Shown here: positions 37,975 to 50,747 of the stretch, in pieces
Layout: each line of letters begins with the position of its first letter
How positions within the stretch are numbered: the stretch's first letter is position 1
Assembly (NCBI GenBank): GCA_965216745.1
Contig: OZ244191.1
Location: 50,731 to 114,730 of the forward strand
Source of the DNA: Anaplasmataceae bacterium
GTDB lineage: Bacteria > Pseudomonadota > Alphaproteobacteria > Rickettsiales > Anaplasmataceae
Length of the DNA: 64,000 bases
Direction of reading: 5' to 3'
Notes under the pieces: generated by a model
Database searches by the model: none
Told to the model about the DNA's origin: nothing
The model's input: only the letters and a program-made list of their open reading frames with translations
Made by a program: the position numbers and the translations under genes

Positions 37975-40900
37975 TTAATTTTCTGTCATATCGTCTTCTT
38001 TTTCATGATCGGCAATTGACTGTTTAGAATCATTTTTCTTAGTATTTGCAAGAAGCTGTTTCATAATGAAGCCTGTTCCCACGGGCAACAACTTTCCTAC
38101 AATGACGTTTTCTTTAAGTCCTGATAGATGATCTATCTTTCCTCTAATTGCAGCATCAGTAAGAACTTTAGTGGTTTCCTGGAAGGAAGCCGCTGAAATG
38201 AATGACTTAGTTTGTAAACTAGCTTTTGTTATACCCAATAACAGAGGGGAGTACTTAGCAGGCAATTCATCTTCCTTCAAAGAGTGATTAATCTTTTTCA
38301 AGTCTGACTTATCAATTTGTTCTCCGATCAATAAAGTAGTATCACCTGAATCAGTTATTTCAACTTTCTGCAACATCTGCTTAAGAATTACTTCAAAATG
38401 CTTGTTGTCAATTTTTACACCCTGCAATCTGTAAACTTTTTGTATTTCATTAATCATATAATGAGCAAGAGCCTCTACACCAAGAACATTTAAAATCTCA
38501 TGTGCATCAGGATCACCATCCACAATCAAATCACCTTTAGCAACAAAGTCTCCTTCATTCACAAGAACATGTCGTCCTTTTGGAACTAAATATTCAATAG
38601 GAGAAGATTCCTCATCAACAGGACGTATTATTATTCTACGCTTAGATTTATAATAATCTTTACCGAAAGATACAACTCCTTCTACCCTAGAAACAATAGC
38701 AGGATTTCGTGGTTTTCTAGCCTCGAATAATTCTACCACTCTTGGCAAACCTCCTGTAATATCACGAGTTTTGACGAAGTCACGTGATACTTTGGCTAAA
38801 ACATCACCTGCAAAAACTTTCTGGCCATTGCTAACATTTAAGACCGATCCAATAGGTACAAAACTTACTGATTCTGCTCCTCTTTTAAGCTGAACTATTT
38901 GATCTGTATTGGAATCCAATATAGCAATTCTTGGTTTTAGACCAACAAAATCAGCACCCTTATATTTCCAATCAACAACTATTTTATTAGACATACCAGT
39001 TAAGTCATTTGTCACTTCACTTATAGAAGCTCCTTCTATAAGGTCACAATATTCAACTATACCATCAGATTCAGTTATGATAGGAGTTGAATAAGGATCC
39101 CATTCAGCAATCTTGTCTCCAAGGTGAACATTATCTTTATCTTTAACAAACAACACCGAACCATAAGGAACCCTTCCTTGAACTCTTTCAATTCCAGAAG
39201 AATCTATAACAGAAGCTACACAAGAGCGGCTGACTACAATAATCTCTTGGTTTCTATTAGTAATAACTGATGCATTAGTAAATTTAACCTTGCCGCTGCA
39301 AGAAGCAATAACACTAGAAGCTTCAGACTTTCCAGTAGCTGTACCACCAATGTGAAATGTTCTCATAGTAAGCTGTGTACCTGGTTCTCCAACGGATTGC
39401 GCAGCTATCACTCCCACAGCAGAACCAGTGGAAACAAGCCGACCTGTAGAAAGATCACGCCCATAACACATAGAACATACTCCATTATTGGTCTTGCAAG
39501 TAAGTACAGAACGTATCTTAACTGATTCAATAGATTTGGTTGCCAAAATTTCAAGATCTTTCTCAGACATTAGGGTGTTTTTGTAGAAAAGCACAGAACC
39601 ATCAACAGGATCGCATATATCTTCTGCCAACACACGACCAAGTACCAATTCATAAATATCTGTGACGACAACACCAGATTCTACTTTAGGCTTGACTCGT
39701 ATTCCATCAAAAGGATTATTGTCATTGGCTTCATTGTCGTTGATATTATTGCAATCAAACTCGGTCACAACACAATCTTGAGATACATCAACTAAACGCC
39801 TTGTTAAATAACCAGAGTTAGCAGTCTTTAATGCTATATCAGCAAGACCTTTTCTTGCTCCATGACTCGAGTTAAAGTATTCTGATACACTTAAACCTTC
39901 CCTGAAATTAGATATAATAGGCATCTCTATAATTTCGCCTGAAGGCTTAGCCATAAGTCCACGCATTCCAGCAAGCTGTTTAATTTGAGCTGGAGAACCT
40001 CTCGCCCCGGAATGAGCCATCATATATATAGAGTTCAAATTATCTACATTATCGTGCCTTGAGATACAATCCATCATATCCTTAGCAACAGAATCAGTAC
40101 AAGAAGACCATACGTCTATAACTTTATTGTACCTTTCACTGTTAGTGATCAAACCGTCTCTATAATGCTGAGAAAATTTTTGTACTTCTTTAAGAGATTT
40201 TTCAACATGCATAGACTTAGTATCTGGTGATACCATATCCTCTTTTCCAAAAGAAACACTAGATTTAGTAGCGTAATCAAAACCAAGTCGCATCAAACGA
40301 TTCAATAAAGTAACAGTTCCTTGATTTCCAGAAGATCTATAAACTGAATCAATAAGATATGTAATGTACTTAGAAACAAATACTACATTTACCAATGAAA
40401 AAGGTAGATTATGACCGGATGGTAATGCCTGATATAATAAAAGACGGCCAAATGTTGTACGAACTATACTATTTGCATTGCCTTGAAATATTCTACATAA
40501 AATAGGTTGATGAAGACTTATATAATCAGAATTAAAAGCATGTCCAGCTTCATCTATAGAGGCAAAACAACTAAGATCTTTTTCATCAATCGATTCAAAG
40601 TCAGGACCTACCAATGTAAGATAATACAGACCTAAAACAATATCTTTCGAGGGAAGCATTATAGGCTTACCGTTGGAAGGACTTAGTATGTTATTAGTGG
40701 ACATTATTAACAAACGAGCTTCGATTTGAGCTTCTATAGATAAAGGAAGATGCACAGACATAGTGTCACCATCAAAATCGGCATTAAAAGCAGTACATAC
40801 CAAAGGATGTAATTGTATAGCCTTACCCTCAGTCATTATAGGTTGGAAAGCCTGGATACCCAATCTATGTAACGTTGGAGCACGATTAAGCAAAACAGGA

Positions 40901-42162
40901 TGACCTTCTATAACTTCATCCAGTATATCCCAAACCTCTGGCACTTCCGATTGAACCATCATTTTAGCTACTTTCAAAGTAGACGCTATCCCATAAGTTT
41001 CAAGCTTAGAATAAATAAAAGGCTTGAACAATTCTAAAGCCATGGTTTTTGGAAGTCCGCATTGATGTAAAGCAAGCTCAGGACCAACAACTATGACAGA
41101 ACGACCAGAGTAATCAACTCTCTTGCCAAGAAGATTTAACCTAAATCTTCCATGTTTACCCTTCAACATGTCAGTAAGGGACTTATAAGGGCGTTTGTTC
41201 GAACCTTTTACAGCTCTGCTCCTTCTTCCATTATCAAGCAAAGCATCTACAGCTTCTTGAAGCATACGCTTCTCATTATAAATAATGATCTTAGGCGCAT
41301 CCAATTTTAAAAGATTTCTTAATCTATTATTCCTGTTTATTACTCTTCTATATAATTCATTAATGTCAGATGTAGCAAACCTTCCACCATCCAACATCAC
41401 CAATGGCCTTAGATCAGCAGGGATAACAGGTAAAACCGTAATGATCATAGATTTTGGATCATTGCCGGAACGTATGAAATCCTCAACAAGTCTTAGTCTC
41501 TTTACAAGCTTTTTCCTTTTTATTTCAGAAGAAACAGAAGCAAGTTGCTGTCTTAAGCTTTCACCTAGTTCTACTAAGTTTAAGGAACCAAGAAGCTCTG
41601 ACAATATTTCAGCACCCATGCCAGCAGAAAATGTTCCTTCATCATCATCTTGTACAGCATCATCATACTGTGCTTCAGTCAAAAGGGTGCCATACGGTAT
41701 GCCTGTACTTCCAGGATCTAAAACAAGATAGGATTCAAAATATAAAACCTTCTCTATAGATTTTAAAGGAATATCAAGAAGAGTGCCAATTCTAGAAGGC
41801 AAAGATCTTAAAAACCATATATGTGCAACAGGTGCAGCCAATTGTATATGACCCATCCTTTCACGACGAACCTTTGAAGATGTGACTTCAACACCACATT
41901 TCGCACAAACAATACCACGATTATTGCCCATGCGTTTATATTTACCACAGCCACACTCATAGCTTTTTATGGGACCATAAATTTTCTGACAAAACAATCC
42001 ATCTCTTTCAGGCTTAAATGTACGGTAATTAATAGTCTCGGGACGAAGAACTTCACCACAAGAATTAGAAATTATATTTTTGGCTGTAAATAATCTTATT
42101 CTTATTTTATCAAAATACAAAGAAACATTTTTACAACCATAAAAATCAATCAAGACACTCAT
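37975..42162 (-). CDS. rpoC: DNA-directed RNA polymerase subunit beta'
   Basis: Zinc-finger segment YECGCGKYK...CAKCGVEV and catalytic motif NADFDGD. 1395 aa. Confidence 0.98.
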   Translation of the reverse strand: MSVLIDFYGCKNVSLYFDKIRIRLFTAKNIISNSCGEVLRPETINYRTFKPERDGLFCQKIYGPIKSYECGCGKYKRMGNNRGIVCAKCGVEVTSSKVRRERMGHIQLAAPVAHIWFLRSLPSRIGTLLDIPLKSIEKVLYFESYLVLDPGSTGIPYGTLLTEAQYDDAVQDDDEGTFSAGMGAEILSELLGSLNLVELGESLRQQLASVSSEIKRKKLVKRLRLVEDFIRSGNDPKSMIITVLPVIPADLRPLVMLDGGRFATSDINELYRRVINRNNRLRNLLKLDAPKIIIYNEKRMLQEAVDALLDNGRRSRAVKGSNKRPYKSLTDMLKGKHGRFRLNLLGKRVDYSGRSVIVVGPELALHQCGLPKTMALELFKPFIYSKLETYGIASTLKVAKMMVQSEVPEVWDILDEVIEGHPVLLNRAPTLHRLGIQAFQPIMTEGKAIQLHPLVCTAFNADFDGDTMSVHLPLSIEAQIEARLLIMSTNNILSPSNGKPIMLPSKDIVLGLYYLTLVGPDFESIDEKDLSCFASIDEAGHAFNSDYISLHQPILCRIFQGNANSIVRTTFGRLLLYQALPSGHNLPFSLVNVVFVSKYITYLIDSVYRSSGNQGTVTLLNRLMRLGFDYATKSSVSFGKEDMVSPDTKSMHVEKSLKEVQKFSQHYRDGLITNSERYNKVIDVWSSCTDSVAKDMMDCISRHDNVDNLNSIYMMAHSGARGSPAQIKQLAGMRGLMAKPSGEIIEMPIISNFREGLSVSEYFNSSHGARKGLADIALKTANSGYLTRRLVDVSQDCVVTEFDCNNINDNEANDNNPFDGIRVKPKVESGVVVTDIYELVLGRVLAEDICDPVDGSVLFYKNTLMSEKDLEILATKSIESVKIRSVLTCKTNNGVCSMCYGRDLSTGRLVSTGSAVGVIAAQSVGEPGTQLTMRTFHIGGTATGKSEASSVIASCSGKVKFTNASVITNRNQEIIVVSRSCVASVIDSSGIERVQGRVPYGSVLFVKDKDNVHLGDKIAEWDPYSTPIITESDGIVEYCDLIEGASISEVTNDLTGMSNKIVVDWKYKGADFVGLKPRIAILDSNTDQIVQLKRGAESVSFVPIGSVLNVSNGQKVFAGDVLAKVSRDFVKTRDITGGLPRVVELFEARKPRNPAIVSRVEGVVSFGKDYYKSKRRIIIRPVDEESSPIEYLVPKGRHVLVNEGDFVAKGDLIVDGDPDAHEILNVLGVEALAHYMINEIQKVYRLQGVKIDNKHFEVILKQMLQKVEITDSGDTTLLIGEQIDKSDLKKINHSLKEDELPAKYSPLLLGITKASLQTKSFISAASFQETTKVLTDAAIRGKIDHLSGLKENVIVGKLLPVGTGFIMKQLLANTKKNDSKQSIADHEKEDDMTEN

Positions 42163-42164
42163 AT

Positions 42165-45100
42165 TTATTCAACCAATTCAGAAACACTAATCAAGTTCGG
42201 ATCATCTTTATGAGCAACCTCATCTTCCTTAAGCAACTGAACATCTAGACATAAACCCTTGCATTCATTGACAACAACATTAAAAGATTCTGGAGTACAG
42301 CAAGAAAAACCACAATCTCCATTTACTATAGACTCGTACATCTTGACTCTACCCACAACATCGTCAGATTTCACTGTCAAGAGTTCTTGCAATGAATAAG
42401 CAGCACCATAGGCTTGTAATGCCCAAGCCTCCATTTCTCCAAACCTCTGACCACCAAAATATGACTTACCACCCAAAGGCTGCTGTGTTACCAAACTATA
42501 TGGACCTATAGATCTAGCATGTATTTTGTCATCAACCAAATGATGCAATTTAAGCATATAAATTTTTCCTACAGTGACGGGCCTATCGAAGCGCTCACCT
42601 GTAATTCCATCATACAAATATTCTTGTCCGGATGGATCAACACCAGCTATTTTTAACAATCTAGTGATTTCCTCATCTTTAGGAGCTTCAAATACTGGAG
42701 CAGCAATAGGAATTCCTTTTTTAAAAGTTTTAGATAAATCTAATATATCCTGATCAGACATATTATATATATTTTGTATAACATCTTTGTGAGAACAATA
42801 AAGCTCCAATAACAAATCACGAGCTTCTTGAGGAGAATTCTGCTCTGCTAAATTATAAAGCTTCACACCTATATTATATGAAGCCCAACCCAAATGAGTC
42901 TCAAGAATTTGGCCTGCGTTCATTCGCGAAGGTATCCCCAATGGATTCAGAATTATATCTACATGAGTACCATCTGCTAGTCTTGGCATGTCTTCTCTAG
43001 GAAGAATTTTAGAAATAACACCTTTATTACCATGCCTACCAGACATTTTGTCACCAGGCTGAAGACTGTTTTTAACAGCAACAAATACTTTTACTATACA
43101 AAGAACTCCCTGAGGAAGATCAGAATATGAGGTAATAAGCTTTGAATCTTGCTCCAATTCAAGATCAATTTTCTTGATATTATCTTCCATTTTAGACTTA
43201 ACAAGTGCAATTGCCTCATGATCTGCAACAGGTATTAACCACCACTTAGATCTAGGTATCGAGTCCAAAAGTTCAAAGTCAATGCTTTGACCTATAGAGA
43301 GTCCAGAAAACTCTTTAATCAACTTAGAGCCAAGTATCAATTTACTAAGTTTATCATAAGTATACTTGTAAACTAAACCAACAGAAGATTCTCGCTTTTT
43401 TTTCAAGATTTGTATTCCATGCTGCTCAACAAGAAGAGTACGTCCATCTTTTTCTATACCTCGCCTTATAAAGACACGAACATCAACTACAGTTCCAGAA
43501 ACACCTGGAGGCATGTATAAAGACGAATCACGAACATCAACTGTTTTTTCTCCAAATATAGCTCTAAGTAACTTTTCCTCAGCTGTCATTGGAGACTCGC
43601 TTTTTGGAGTAGTCTTTCCTACAAGAACATCTCCTGGACCAACTTCAGCACCTAAATGAACAATCCCAAATTCATCAAGATGATACAAACGTTCTTCATT
43701 AGCAGAAGTAATATCTCTAACTATTTCCTCTGGGCCCAATCTAGTGTCACGAGCAACACATTCAAACTCCTCTATATGTATTGAGGAAAAAAAATCTTGA
43801 TTGATGACATCTTCAGATACTACTATTGAATCTTCAAAATTATAACCGCGCCAGACCATAAATGCCACAGTCAGGTTTCTGCCCAAAGCCAACTCTCCAT
43901 GATCAGTAGATGGCCCGTCAGTAATAACTTGTCCTTTTTTAACCTTGGCTCCAACAACAATTTCAGGCAGAGGTTTTTGATTTATGCAAGTTCCGTGATT
44001 AGAACGCTGAAACTTACGCAAAGAATATATATCCACATAATAATCATCTTCAGCACAAACAACAATACGCTCAGAATCAACATAATAAACAATTCCATCT
44101 CTTTTGCAGGTGGTCATTACTCTGGAGTTTTTAGCAACAACTGATTCCATCCCCGTTCCCACAAGTGGAGATTCAGGATTTAGAAGTGGGACAGCTTGTC
44201 TTTGCATATTAGAACCCATCAATGCTCTATTAGCATCATCATTTTCTAAAAAAGGAATAAGGGAAGCTGCGATAGAGACAACTTGCTTTGGAGATACATC
44301 GATATAATCAACCTGATCCTTAGTTACTGAAACAATCCCAACTCCCCTCCTACAGCGTATGACTGTATCTAAAAGCTCTCCATCATCAGAAATTCTAGCA
44401 TCTGATTGAGCCATATTGAAATTCTCTTCATCCATTGCAGATAGATATTGAACTTCATCAGTAACAAACCCTTCTTTAACTTTTCTATAAGCAGCTTCTA
44501 TAAACCCATATTCATTAATCCTAGCGTATGTAGACAAGCTATTAATTAGACCAATGTTTTGACCTTCTGGAGTCTCAATAGGACATATTCTGCCGTAATG
44601 AGTAGGATGTACATCCCTGACTTCAAAGCCAGCCCTATCTCTAACCAGACCTCCTGGCCCAAGCGCAGACAATCTGCGTTTATGAGTAATCTCAGAAAGT
44701 GGATTAGTTTGATCCATGAATTGAGAAAGTTGAGAAGAGGAAAAAAATTCTCTTATAACTGAAACAAGAATTCTTGAATTAATGAGATCGCAAGGCATGG
44801 CAGTGTCCATATCAACCATAGACATATAGTCAATAACAGCCCTCTGCATCCTAACCAAACCAATTCTTAATTGATTCTCGATAAACTCACCTACAGACCT
44901 AACTCTACGATTAGCCAAATGATCAATGTCATCCACATCCGCATTAGAAGCATGCAGACGAATCAATTCAGAAATCACATCTACTATATCCTGTTCAGAC
45001 AATATAGTACTAGACAAGTCTTCTATAGAGCGTGAGAACCTTGTGTTTATTTTTACACGGCCCACTGCAGATAAATCATAACGATCTTGATCAAAAAAAG

Positions 45101-46298
45101 TTGAAACAAACAAAGATCTTGCAGACTCAGGAGTTGGAACTTCCCCAGGACGCATTATTCTATAAACTTCCATTAAAGCATTTTCAGGAGAGACAGAGTC
45201 TAATAGAAAGATTGAATTACGAATAGAAAAATCAGTTGATGTTGAAATAGAACCCAAAACATCTAATTCTGATATAGAAAGTATTTCAATTTTTTTCAAT
45301 ATTTCTGAAGTTATCTCAGAACCAAGACCTAATAATATGGAATCATTATCTTTATCTACAATTGGAGAATAGGCAAAACAACCTAAAAGAAAATCTTTAG
45401 GAACAAGGTAGTGACGAAGACCATTGGAATATAAAGTTTGAGCAAGAACTGGTGTAATTCTAGAACCAGCTTTAATTAGGACAGATCTATCAGACTTGTC
45501 AATCAAATCATACTCTAGCCTCACACCAGACATACTTTGAACAACAAAATCAGTAGACCAAAAATGATCATCTACCTTAATGTAAGAGATTTTACGATAA
45601 AATGTATGAAGAATTTTCTCATCAGACATATCTAAACATTTAAGCAAGAAGCCAACATTTAATTTTCGTTTTCGGTCTATTCTGAAATAGAGCAGACCAC
45701 GATTATCAAACTCAAAATCTAACCATGACCCCCTGTAGGGTATTATTCTAGCAAAATATATAAGCTTTCCAGAGGCATAGGTCTTACCTCTATCATGATC
45801 ATAAAACACACCAGGGGATCTATGCATTTGGGAAACTACAACTCTTTCTATGCCATTAACTATAAAAGTTGCATTTTCAGTCATCAGAGGTAATTCGCCC
45901 ACATAAACTTCTTGTTCTTTTATGGCTTTTATTTTCTTTTCTTGTTTTACATCTTGATGATTATTTGCTTCTGTGCTTTCATCGCCTGAAAAATCTTCCT
46001 CTAAATCCCATATAACAAGCCTAAGCATCATCATAAGAGCAACAGAATAAGTACAACCTCTCCTCATGCACTCGAACTTATCAGTGTTAGGTCCAGACAG
46101 AGAGTAACTAACAAAATCCAGAGTAAAACGACCAGCAGAATCAGTAATAGGGAAAGCAGAAGATAATATAGAACCTATTCTGCCAGACTCAGATATAAAA
46201 GAATTATAAGAGTCCCTCTGAACCTCGATAAGATCAGGAAATTTAACAGCACCAGCACTATCAAAATCAAATAACCTAGGAATGGAACCCCTATACAT
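42165..46298 (-). CDS. rpoB: DNA-directed RNA polymerase subunit beta
   Basis: Rif-region segment [30 protein letters not shown] and segment [19 protein letters not shown]. 1377 aa. Confidence 0.98.
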   Translation of the reverse strand: MYRGSIPRLFDFDSAGAVKFPDLIEVQRDSYNSFISESGRIGSILSSAFPITDSAGRFTLDFVSYSLSGPNTDKFECMRRGCTYSVALMMMLRLVIWDLEEDFSGDESTEANNHQDVKQEKKIKAIKEQEVYVGELPLMTENATFIVNGIERVVVSQMHRSPGVFYDHDRGKTYASGKLIYFARIIPYRGSWLDFEFDNRGLLYFRIDRKRKLNVGFLLKCLDMSDEKILHTFYRKISYIKVDDHFWSTDFVVQSMSGVRLEYDLIDKSDRSVLIKAGSRITPVLAQTLYSNGLRHYLVPKDFLLGCFAYSPIVDKDNDSILLGLGSEITSEILKKIEILSISELDVLGSISTSTDFSIRNSIFLLDSVSPENALMEVYRIMRPGEVPTPESARSLFVSTFFDQDRYDLSAVGRVKINTRFSRSIEDLSSTILSEQDIVDVISELIRLHASNADVDDIDHLANRRVRSVGEFIENQLRIGLVRMQRAVIDYMSMVDMDTAMPCDLINSRILVSVIREFFSSSQLSQFMDQTNPLSEITHKRRLSALGPGGLVRDRAGFEVRDVHPTHYGRICPIETPEGQNIGLINSLSTYARINEYGFIEAAYRKVKEGFVTDEVQYLSAMDEENFNMAQSDARISDDGELLDTVIRCRRGVGIVSVTKDQVDYIDVSPKQVVSIAASLIPFLENDDANRALMGSNMQRQAVPLLNPESPLVGTGMESVVAKNSRVMTTCKRDGIVYYVDSERIVVCAEDDYYVDIYSLRKFQRSNHGTCINQKPLPEIVVGAKVKKGQVITDGPSTDHGELALGRNLTVAFMVWRGYNFEDSIVVSEDVINQDFFSSIHIEEFECVARDTRLGPEEIVRDITSANEERLYHLDEFGIVHLGAEVGPGDVLVGKTTPKSESPMTAEEKLLRAIFGEKTVDVRDSSLYMPPGVSGTVVDVRVFIRRGIEKDGRTLLVEQHGIQILKKKRESSVGLVYKYTYDKLSKLILGSKLIKEFSGLSIGQSIDFELLDSIPRSKWWLIPVADHEAIALVKSKMEDNIKKIDLELEQDSKLITSYSDLPQGVLCIVKVFVAVKNSLQPGDKMSGRHGNKGVISKILPREDMPRLADGTHVDIILNPLGIPSRMNAGQILETHLGWASYNIGVKLYNLAEQNSPQEARDLLLELYCSHKDVIQNIYNMSDQDILDLSKTFKKGIPIAAPVFEAPKDEEITRLLKIAGVDPSGQEYLYDGITGERFDRPVTVGKIYMLKLHHLVDDKIHARSIGPYSLVTQQPLGGKSYFGGQRFGEMEAWALQAYGAAYSLQELLTVKSDDVVGRVKMYESIVNGDCGFSCCTPESFNVVVNECKGLCLDVQLLKEDEVAHKDDPNLISVSELVE

Positions 46299-46334
46299 TT
46301 ACACTATACCAAAAAAAAAAGAATATTAAGAATG

Positions 46335-46781
46335 CTATTTAGCTTCAGCATCTGCTCCTGCCTTCTTCAATGCAGAAATACAATCATCAACTTTGTCTTT
46401 AGGAAGATCTGCAAAAAGCTTAGGAGGCTTGCCAGGATTATCTAATACAGAAGTCACCATATCTTTAGCATCTTTAATACCAATATTTCCATAACCATAT
46501 GTATTGCTAAGCTCACGAACAACTTTAATGATATTAAGCTTCTTATCTTCCTGGATTTTGGTAATAAATATATCAAAAATCTCTTTTGCAGATTCAGGAC
46601 TAGATTCTGCCGCACCTGGGGCAGAAGTCTGGACAGCTGCTGGAGCAGCGAATAAAGCAGCATCGGGAATACCTAGAGACTTTTGCAACTCATCCCTAAA
46701 TTGAACTGCCTCTAAAAGAGATAAAGATGCGACTTTTTGAACAAGATCGCCTATTTTTTCACTTATTTTTTCATCAACCAT
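46335..46781 (-). CDS. rplL: 50S ribosomal protein L7/L12 (divergent, 148 aa)
   Basis: Position between rplJ and rpoB. Ala/Pro hinge AAPAAVQTSAPGAAE. C-terminal domain KLNIIKVVRE...IKDAKDMV....LKKAGADAEAK. Confidence 0.8.
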   Translation of the reverse strand: MVDEKISEKIGDLVQKVASLSLLEAVQFRDELQKSLGIPDAALFAAPAAVQTSAPGAAESSPESAKEIFDIFITKIQEDKKLNIIKVVRELSNTYGYGNIGIKDAKDMVTSVLDNPGKPPKLFADLPKDKVDDCISALKKAGADAEAK

Positions 46782-46809
46782 GTCGACTCCTCAAAAAAAA
46801 ATTAACTAA

Positions 46810-47328
46810 CTAATTTGACTCACATTTAACATTCAACAACGAAATTATTGAACGAGGCGCATAAGATATAGCACCCAGTAAATCATTTAAAATAAAACTA
46901 TTAACAGAATTAAGTATCTGAAGCTGTATGTCACCCAAAGGAGGCAAAGAAGAATACAACTTCAACCTTTCAAAGGGCAGAAATCCATCATGACTACTAG
47001 CACCACAAACAACATTAGCAACGCCATTGCTGCTATCACAAAACGAACAAGCAACTTTAGATAGTGATACTATATCATTCGAAGAAGCAACCGCAATAGT
47101 CTTTCTAAATTCACTGGATAAATACTCCAGATCATCTTGAGCTAAAGCAACTCTAGCAAGACTGTTTTTAACAAACATCAATTTGGCATCAGATTGATGC
47201 AAAACACGTCTAAAAGCAGTGGTAGTCTCGCAAGAATTAGCACAAAAATTAATCAAAACAAAACTAGTATTAGTAGAAAAATTACGACTAATACGATCAA
47301 CAAGATCAGACTTTTTATCTCTATTCAT
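46810..47328 (-). CDS. rplJ: 50S ribosomal protein L10
   Basis: Motifs MNRDKKSDLVDRI and VKNSLARVAL. Position in the rplKAJL order. Confidence 0.75.
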   Translation of the reverse strand: MNRDKKSDLVDRISRNFSTNTSFVLINFCANSCETTTAFRRVLHQSDAKLMFVKNSLARVALAQDDLEYLSSEFRKTIAVASSNDIVSLSKVACSFCDSSNGVANVVCGASSHDGFLPFERLKLYSSLPPLGDIQLQILNSVNSFILNDLLGAISYAPRSIISLLNVKCESN

Positions 47329-47342
47329 AAAAACCTCTCAAA

Positions 47343-47984
47343 TTATATAAAATCAGCATAACAAGAATAATGTAAACGATTAGAAGATCCCATTGTAGAG
47401 GAAATGAAAATATTTTTAATATAATCTCCCTTACAAGATTGAGGCTTACAAAATGATAATGCCTTTAAAACAGACTTTAGATTTTCAGAAAGCTGAGGAG
47501 CAGTCAAAACAACAGTACCTATCTTCAGATTAACATTACCATGCTTGTCGCTTTTAAATCTAACAACTCCAGATCTTATCCTTTTAATTAAATCATCAAT
47601 ATCATCAGTGACAGTACCAAACTTAGGATTAGGCATAAGACCTCTAGGACCAAGCAATTTTGCAAAACGAGAAGCAATTTTAGGCATCAGACTAGGAGTA
47701 GACAAATACCAATCGTAACGATCAGGAGAAACCAAAGTATCGGCAATATTAATCTTTTCTACGCCCTCATTATGATAAATAGGATCATAATCACAAGATT
47801 CATCTACAAATAAAGCAATAGAAGGAATAGAACCAAGACCCGACGGAAGATCAACCAAAGAAACGGCTTCTTTATAATACTCAGGATTAATAACAATAGA
47901 AAGATCTACAGATTCTGTGAATTTTGCAGAACTATCATCAATTACTGACTTAAAAGCATCATTAAGAGACATAGAATCACTCAT
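47343..47984 (-). CDS. rplA: 50S ribosomal protein L1 (short, divergent)
   Basis: Segments KFTESVDLSIVI, LGPRGLMPNPKFGTVT and VRFKSDKHGNVNLKIG. Position after rplK. Confidence 0.8.
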   Translation of the reverse strand: MSDSMSLNDAFKSVIDDSSAKFTESVDLSIVINPEYYKEAVSLVDLPSGLGSIPSIALFVDESCDYDPIYHNEGVEKINIADTLVSPDRYDWYLSTPSLMPKIASRFAKLLGPRGLMPNPKFGTVTDDIDDLIKRIRSGVVRFKSDKHGNVNLKIGTVVLTAPQLSENLKSVLKALSFCKPQSCKGDYIKNIFISSTMGSSNRLHYSCYADFI

Positions 47985-48001
47985 ATAACAACCACCAAAA
48001 A

Positions 48002-48430
48002 CTAACTCTTAACCTTAATACCCATTGATCTAGCAGTACCAGAAAGCATAGCAAGACCTTTGTTGGAATCGTATACATTCATAAAGCCTTTTTTTTGCTT
48101 GAATATATCCATCAATTGATTAACATCAATCTCAGCTATATGATTCTTTCCTGGTTCAGAAGATGCTTTTTTTAAACCAAGGGCACGCTTTATCAACAAA
48201 GAAGCAGAAGGTCCTTTTATGTTTAAAGTAAAAGTTTTATTCGAGAAAATAACAACAGTTACATTAACAATAATACCAGACTCATAGATAGAAGTCTTAG
48301 CGTTACACTCTTGACAAAATTTCATAATATTGACACCACGCTGACCAAGAGCAGAAGCTATTCCTGGACTAGGAGATGCTTTCCCAGCAGGGACTCTAAG
48401 ATTTACTTTCGATGAAATTAACAAAGACAT
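48002..48430 (-). CDS. rplK: 50S ribosomal protein L11
   Basis: Segments VPAGKASPSPGIASALGQRGVNIMKFCQECN and ARSMGIKV. Confidence 0.9.
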   Translation of the reverse strand: MSLLISSKVNLRVPAGKASPSPGIASALGQRGVNIMKFCQECNAKTSIYESGIIVNVTVVIFSNKTFTLNIKGPSASLLIKRALGLKKASSEPGKNHIAEIDVNQLMDIFKQKKGFMNVYDSNKGLAMLSGTARSMGIKVKS

Positions 48431-48447
48431 ATATATACCTAAAAAAA

Positions 48448-49032
48448 TTAAGAAGACTCCTGAACTTTGGATAAATCCAAATCAACTGAAATTTCTTTAC
48501 CAAAGACAACTACAGAAACAATAGCACGCTTAGATTCGCGGTCAATGCTTTTGATTTGGCCTACAAAAGAGTCAAAAGGACTTCCGTCGTCATTTATTTT
48601 CACAGAGTCACCTTCATGCAAAGAACTGGTATCAACAATTGACATCATATCTCCAGACTCAAGCTTAGAACGCATCTCATCGATTTGAGAATCTAGAATG
48701 ATTCTAGGAGTATCTCCACTGGATAAGAACTTGTATATGTCAGCTGATACAGACAAGACTTTACCAAAATCAGAATTATATCCTTTCATTCTTAAGAAGA
48801 CATAGCCAGGAAAAAGCTTCTTTTTGCTAGCTCTAGAGGAAGAAGGAGAAACAGAAGAAGATTGACTTGAAGGAACAAAAACTTCTAAAACTGGAGAAGA
48901 AGAATCTCTAGTTATCATTTTAGCAATTGATTCTTCAGACCCAGCTCTAACCTGCAAAACGTACCAACTCCCAATAGAATCATTATCAAAAACAGAAACA
49001 CTCACAACAACTGACCCTACAAGATACTCCAC
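48448..49032 (-). CDS. nusG: Transcription termination/antitermination factor NusG
   Basis: NGN-domain segment WYVLQVRAGSEESI, PGYVFLRM, and KOW-domain segment GDSVKINDGSPFDSFVGQIKSID. The start is uncertain: GTG 49032 overlaps secE, and GTG 49005 would not. Confidence 0.85.
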   Translation of the reverse strand: MEYLVGSVVVSVSVFDNDSIGSWYVLQVRAGSEESIAKMITRDSSSPVLEVFVPSSQSSSVSPSSSRASKKKLFPGYVFLRMKGYNSDFGKVLSVSADIYKFLSSGDTPRIILDSQIDEMRSKLESGDMMSIVDTSSLHEGDSVKINDDGSPFDSFVGQIKSIDRESKRAIVSVVVFGKEISVDLDLSKVQESS

Positions 49033-49196
49033 AGCTTATCAATAGCAGAAAAAGACAAAAAATCAATAAAAGCAAAAAAAGAAGCAGCAAGGAACACAGA
49101 AACCAAAACCAACAACAAAACAAAAAAAGAACTTCGCAAATCAGACCATTCTACATTTGAAAGCTCTTTATAAGAATCCTTAAAAAAAGACAACAC
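49017..49196 (-). CDS. secE: Preprotein translocase subunit SecE
   Basis: Segment FFKDSYKELSNVEW......VLLLVLVSVFLAASFFAFIDF (single TM). Position between tRNA-Trp and nusG. The ORF-track start at 49241 lies inside the tRNA, so I move the start to GTG 49196 (59 aa). Confidence 0.65.
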   Translation of the reverse strand: MLSFFKDSYKELSNVEWSDLRSSFFVLLLVLVSVFLAASFFAFIDFLSFSAIDKLWSIL

Positions 49197-49214
49197 GGAA
49201 AAAACCCAAAAAAG

Positions 49215-49286
49215 CAGGAGCGACAGGACTTGAACCCGCAACCTCTGGTTTTGGAGACCAGCGCTCTACCATTGAGCTACACTCCT
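49215..49286 (-). tRNA. trnW: tRNA-Trp (anticodon CCA)
   Basis: The minus strand AGGAGTGTAGCTCAATGGTAGAGCGCTGGTCTCCAAAACCAGAGGTTGCGGGTTCAAGTCCTGTCGCTCCTG folds by hand into a 72-nt cloverleaf with anticodon loop CT-CCA-AA. CCA is not encoded. Confidence 0.9.
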
Positions 49287-49318
49287 AAACCCGTCAAAAG
49301 CGTATAAATACGCTGCTT

Positions 49319-50527
49319 TTAAACAGAATCATCAAGTATTTTAGTGACAATTCCTGCACCAACAGTTCTACCACCTTCTCTGACAGCAAAACGCAAACCT
49401 TCATGCATGGCAATCTTACAGATAAGATCAACTTTAACATTAGCATTATCACCAGGCATAACCATCTTGACACCTTCAGGTAAAGTTATAGTACCAGTGA
49501 CGTCAGTAGTTCTAAAGTAAAACTGAGGCTTATAGCGAGAGAAGAACGAGGTATGTCTCCCACCTTCAGCTTGTGTTAAAACATATATTTCAGCTTCAAA
49601 AGAGTTATGAGGCTTCATACTTCCGGGAGGGGTAATCAAAACTTGACCACGTTGAACTTCATCACGTTTGATTCCTCTAAGAAGAACTCCTATACTATCT
49701 CCAGCCATTCCTTGATCTAGGATTTTACCAAACATCTCAACGCCTGTGCAAATAGTTTCGGCATTAGGCCTAATACCAACAATTTCAACTTTGTCATTAA
49801 TCTTAATAATACCGGATTCAACACGTCCAGTTACCACAGTACCACGACCAGGTATAGAGAAAACTCCTTCTATTGGCATGACAAAGTTTTTGTCTATTGG
49901 ACGAGGAGGCATTGGGAATTCATCTATAGTATTCACAAGTGAACGCATTGCATCAGCAGCGTAAGGGCTTTCTTTTTGGGCAAGGGCAAAAAGAGCCGAA
50001 CCGTGCACCACAACAGATTGGTCAGAAAAACCATATTTTTTCAATAATTCCCTTGTTTCTATTTCCACAAGTTCTATTAACTCTTCATCGTCTACTACGT
50101 CACATTTATTGATAAACACACACATGGCAGGAATTCCAACTTGCTGAGCAAGAAGAAGATGTTCAGAAGTTTGAGTCATTGGCCCATCTGAAGCCGACAC
50201 AACAAGAATAGCACCATCCATTTGAGCGGCTCCAGTAATCATATTTTTTACGTAGTCGGCGTGACCAGGAGCATCAATGTGAGCATAATGTCTTTTTTCA
50301 GTGCAATACTCCTTAACAGCGGCATTTATAGTAATACCTCTGTTCTTTTCTTCAGGAGTATTGTCTATATCCTCATAATTCAAAGCCTTGTTGCCAGGAA
50401 TACCCAAACGAGCAAGGAATGTTGATATGGCAGCAGTTAAAGTAGTCTTGCCATGATCTACGTGGCCTATAGTGCCCACGTTAAAGTGCTCTCTGTCGCG
50501 ATTAAAAGTCTGTTTAGCAATAGCCAT
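49319..50527 (-). CDS. tuf: Elongation factor Tu
   Basis: Motifs [21 protein letters not shown] and NKCD. 402 aa. Confidence 0.98.
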   Translation of the reverse strand: MAIAKQTFNRDREHFNVGTIGHVDHGKTTLTAAISTFLARLGIPGNKALNYEDIDNTPEEKNRGITINAAVKEYCTEKRHYAHIDAPGHADYVKNMITGAAQMDGAILVVSASDGPMTQTSEHLLLAQQVGIPAMCVFINKCDVVDDEELIELVEIETRELLKKYGFSDQSVVVHGSALFALAQKESPYAADAMRSLVNTIDEFPMPPRPIDKNFVMPIEGVFSIPGRGTVVTGRVESGIIKINDKVEIVGIRPNAETICTGVEMFGKILDQGMAGDSIGVLLRGIKRDEVQRGQVLITPPGSMKPHNSFEAEIYVLTQAEGGRHTSFFSRYKPQFYFRTTDVTGTITLPEGVKMVMPGDNANVKVDLICKIAMHEGLRFAVREGGRTVGAGIVTKILDDSV

Positions 50528-50579
50528 AAAACCCCAAAAACCTCAAAAAATATATAAAATTACAAAAAATCAAAAAAAG

Positions 50580-50650
50580 AGCGGGTGATGGGGATCGAAC
50601 CCACGCTGCCAGCTTGGAAGGCTAGTACTCTACCACTGAGTTACACCCGC
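50580..50650 (-). tRNA. trnG: tRNA-Gly (anticodon UCC)
   Basis: The minus strand GCGGGTGTAACTCAGTGGTAGAGTACTAGCCTTCCAAGCTGGCAGCGTGGGTTCGATCCCCATCACCCGCT forms a 71-nt cloverleaf with anticodon loop CT-TCC-AA. Confidence 0.9.
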
Positions 50651-50664
50651 AATAAATTTAAGAG

Positions 50665-50747
50665 TGGAGGGGGTAGGATTCGAACCTACGTACGCTCACG
50701 CGGGCAGATTTACAGTCTGCTGCCTTTAACCACTCGACCACCCCTCC
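50665..50747 (-). tRNA. trnY: tRNA-Tyr (anticodon GUA), long variable arm
   Basis: The minus strand is GGAGGGGTGGTCGAGTGGTTAAAGGCAGCAGACTGTAAATCTGCCCGCGTGAGCGTACGTAGGTTCGAATCCTACCCCCTCCA. Anticodon loop CT-GTA-AA. 83 nt. Confidence 0.9.

Noticed and set aside
38909-45226. Antisense ORFs of 60-150 codons inside rpoC and rpoB (for example 41285-41731, 43899-44307, 44559-44762). Similar ones lie inside pccA, the RND pump gene, maeB, guaA and pnp.
   Set aside because: They lie entirely within strongly conserved genes on the opposite strand. They have no recognisable motifs and mostly non-ATG starts. They are shadow ORFs.
49299-49314. 6-bp hairpin AGCGTA-TTTA-TACGCT between tuf and tRNA-Trp as a terminator
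   Set aside because: The stem is short and the downstream T-run is interrupted (TTTGACGGGTTT). tRNA-Trp, secE and nusG are probably co-transcribed with tuf, so at best it is a weak attenuator or processing site.
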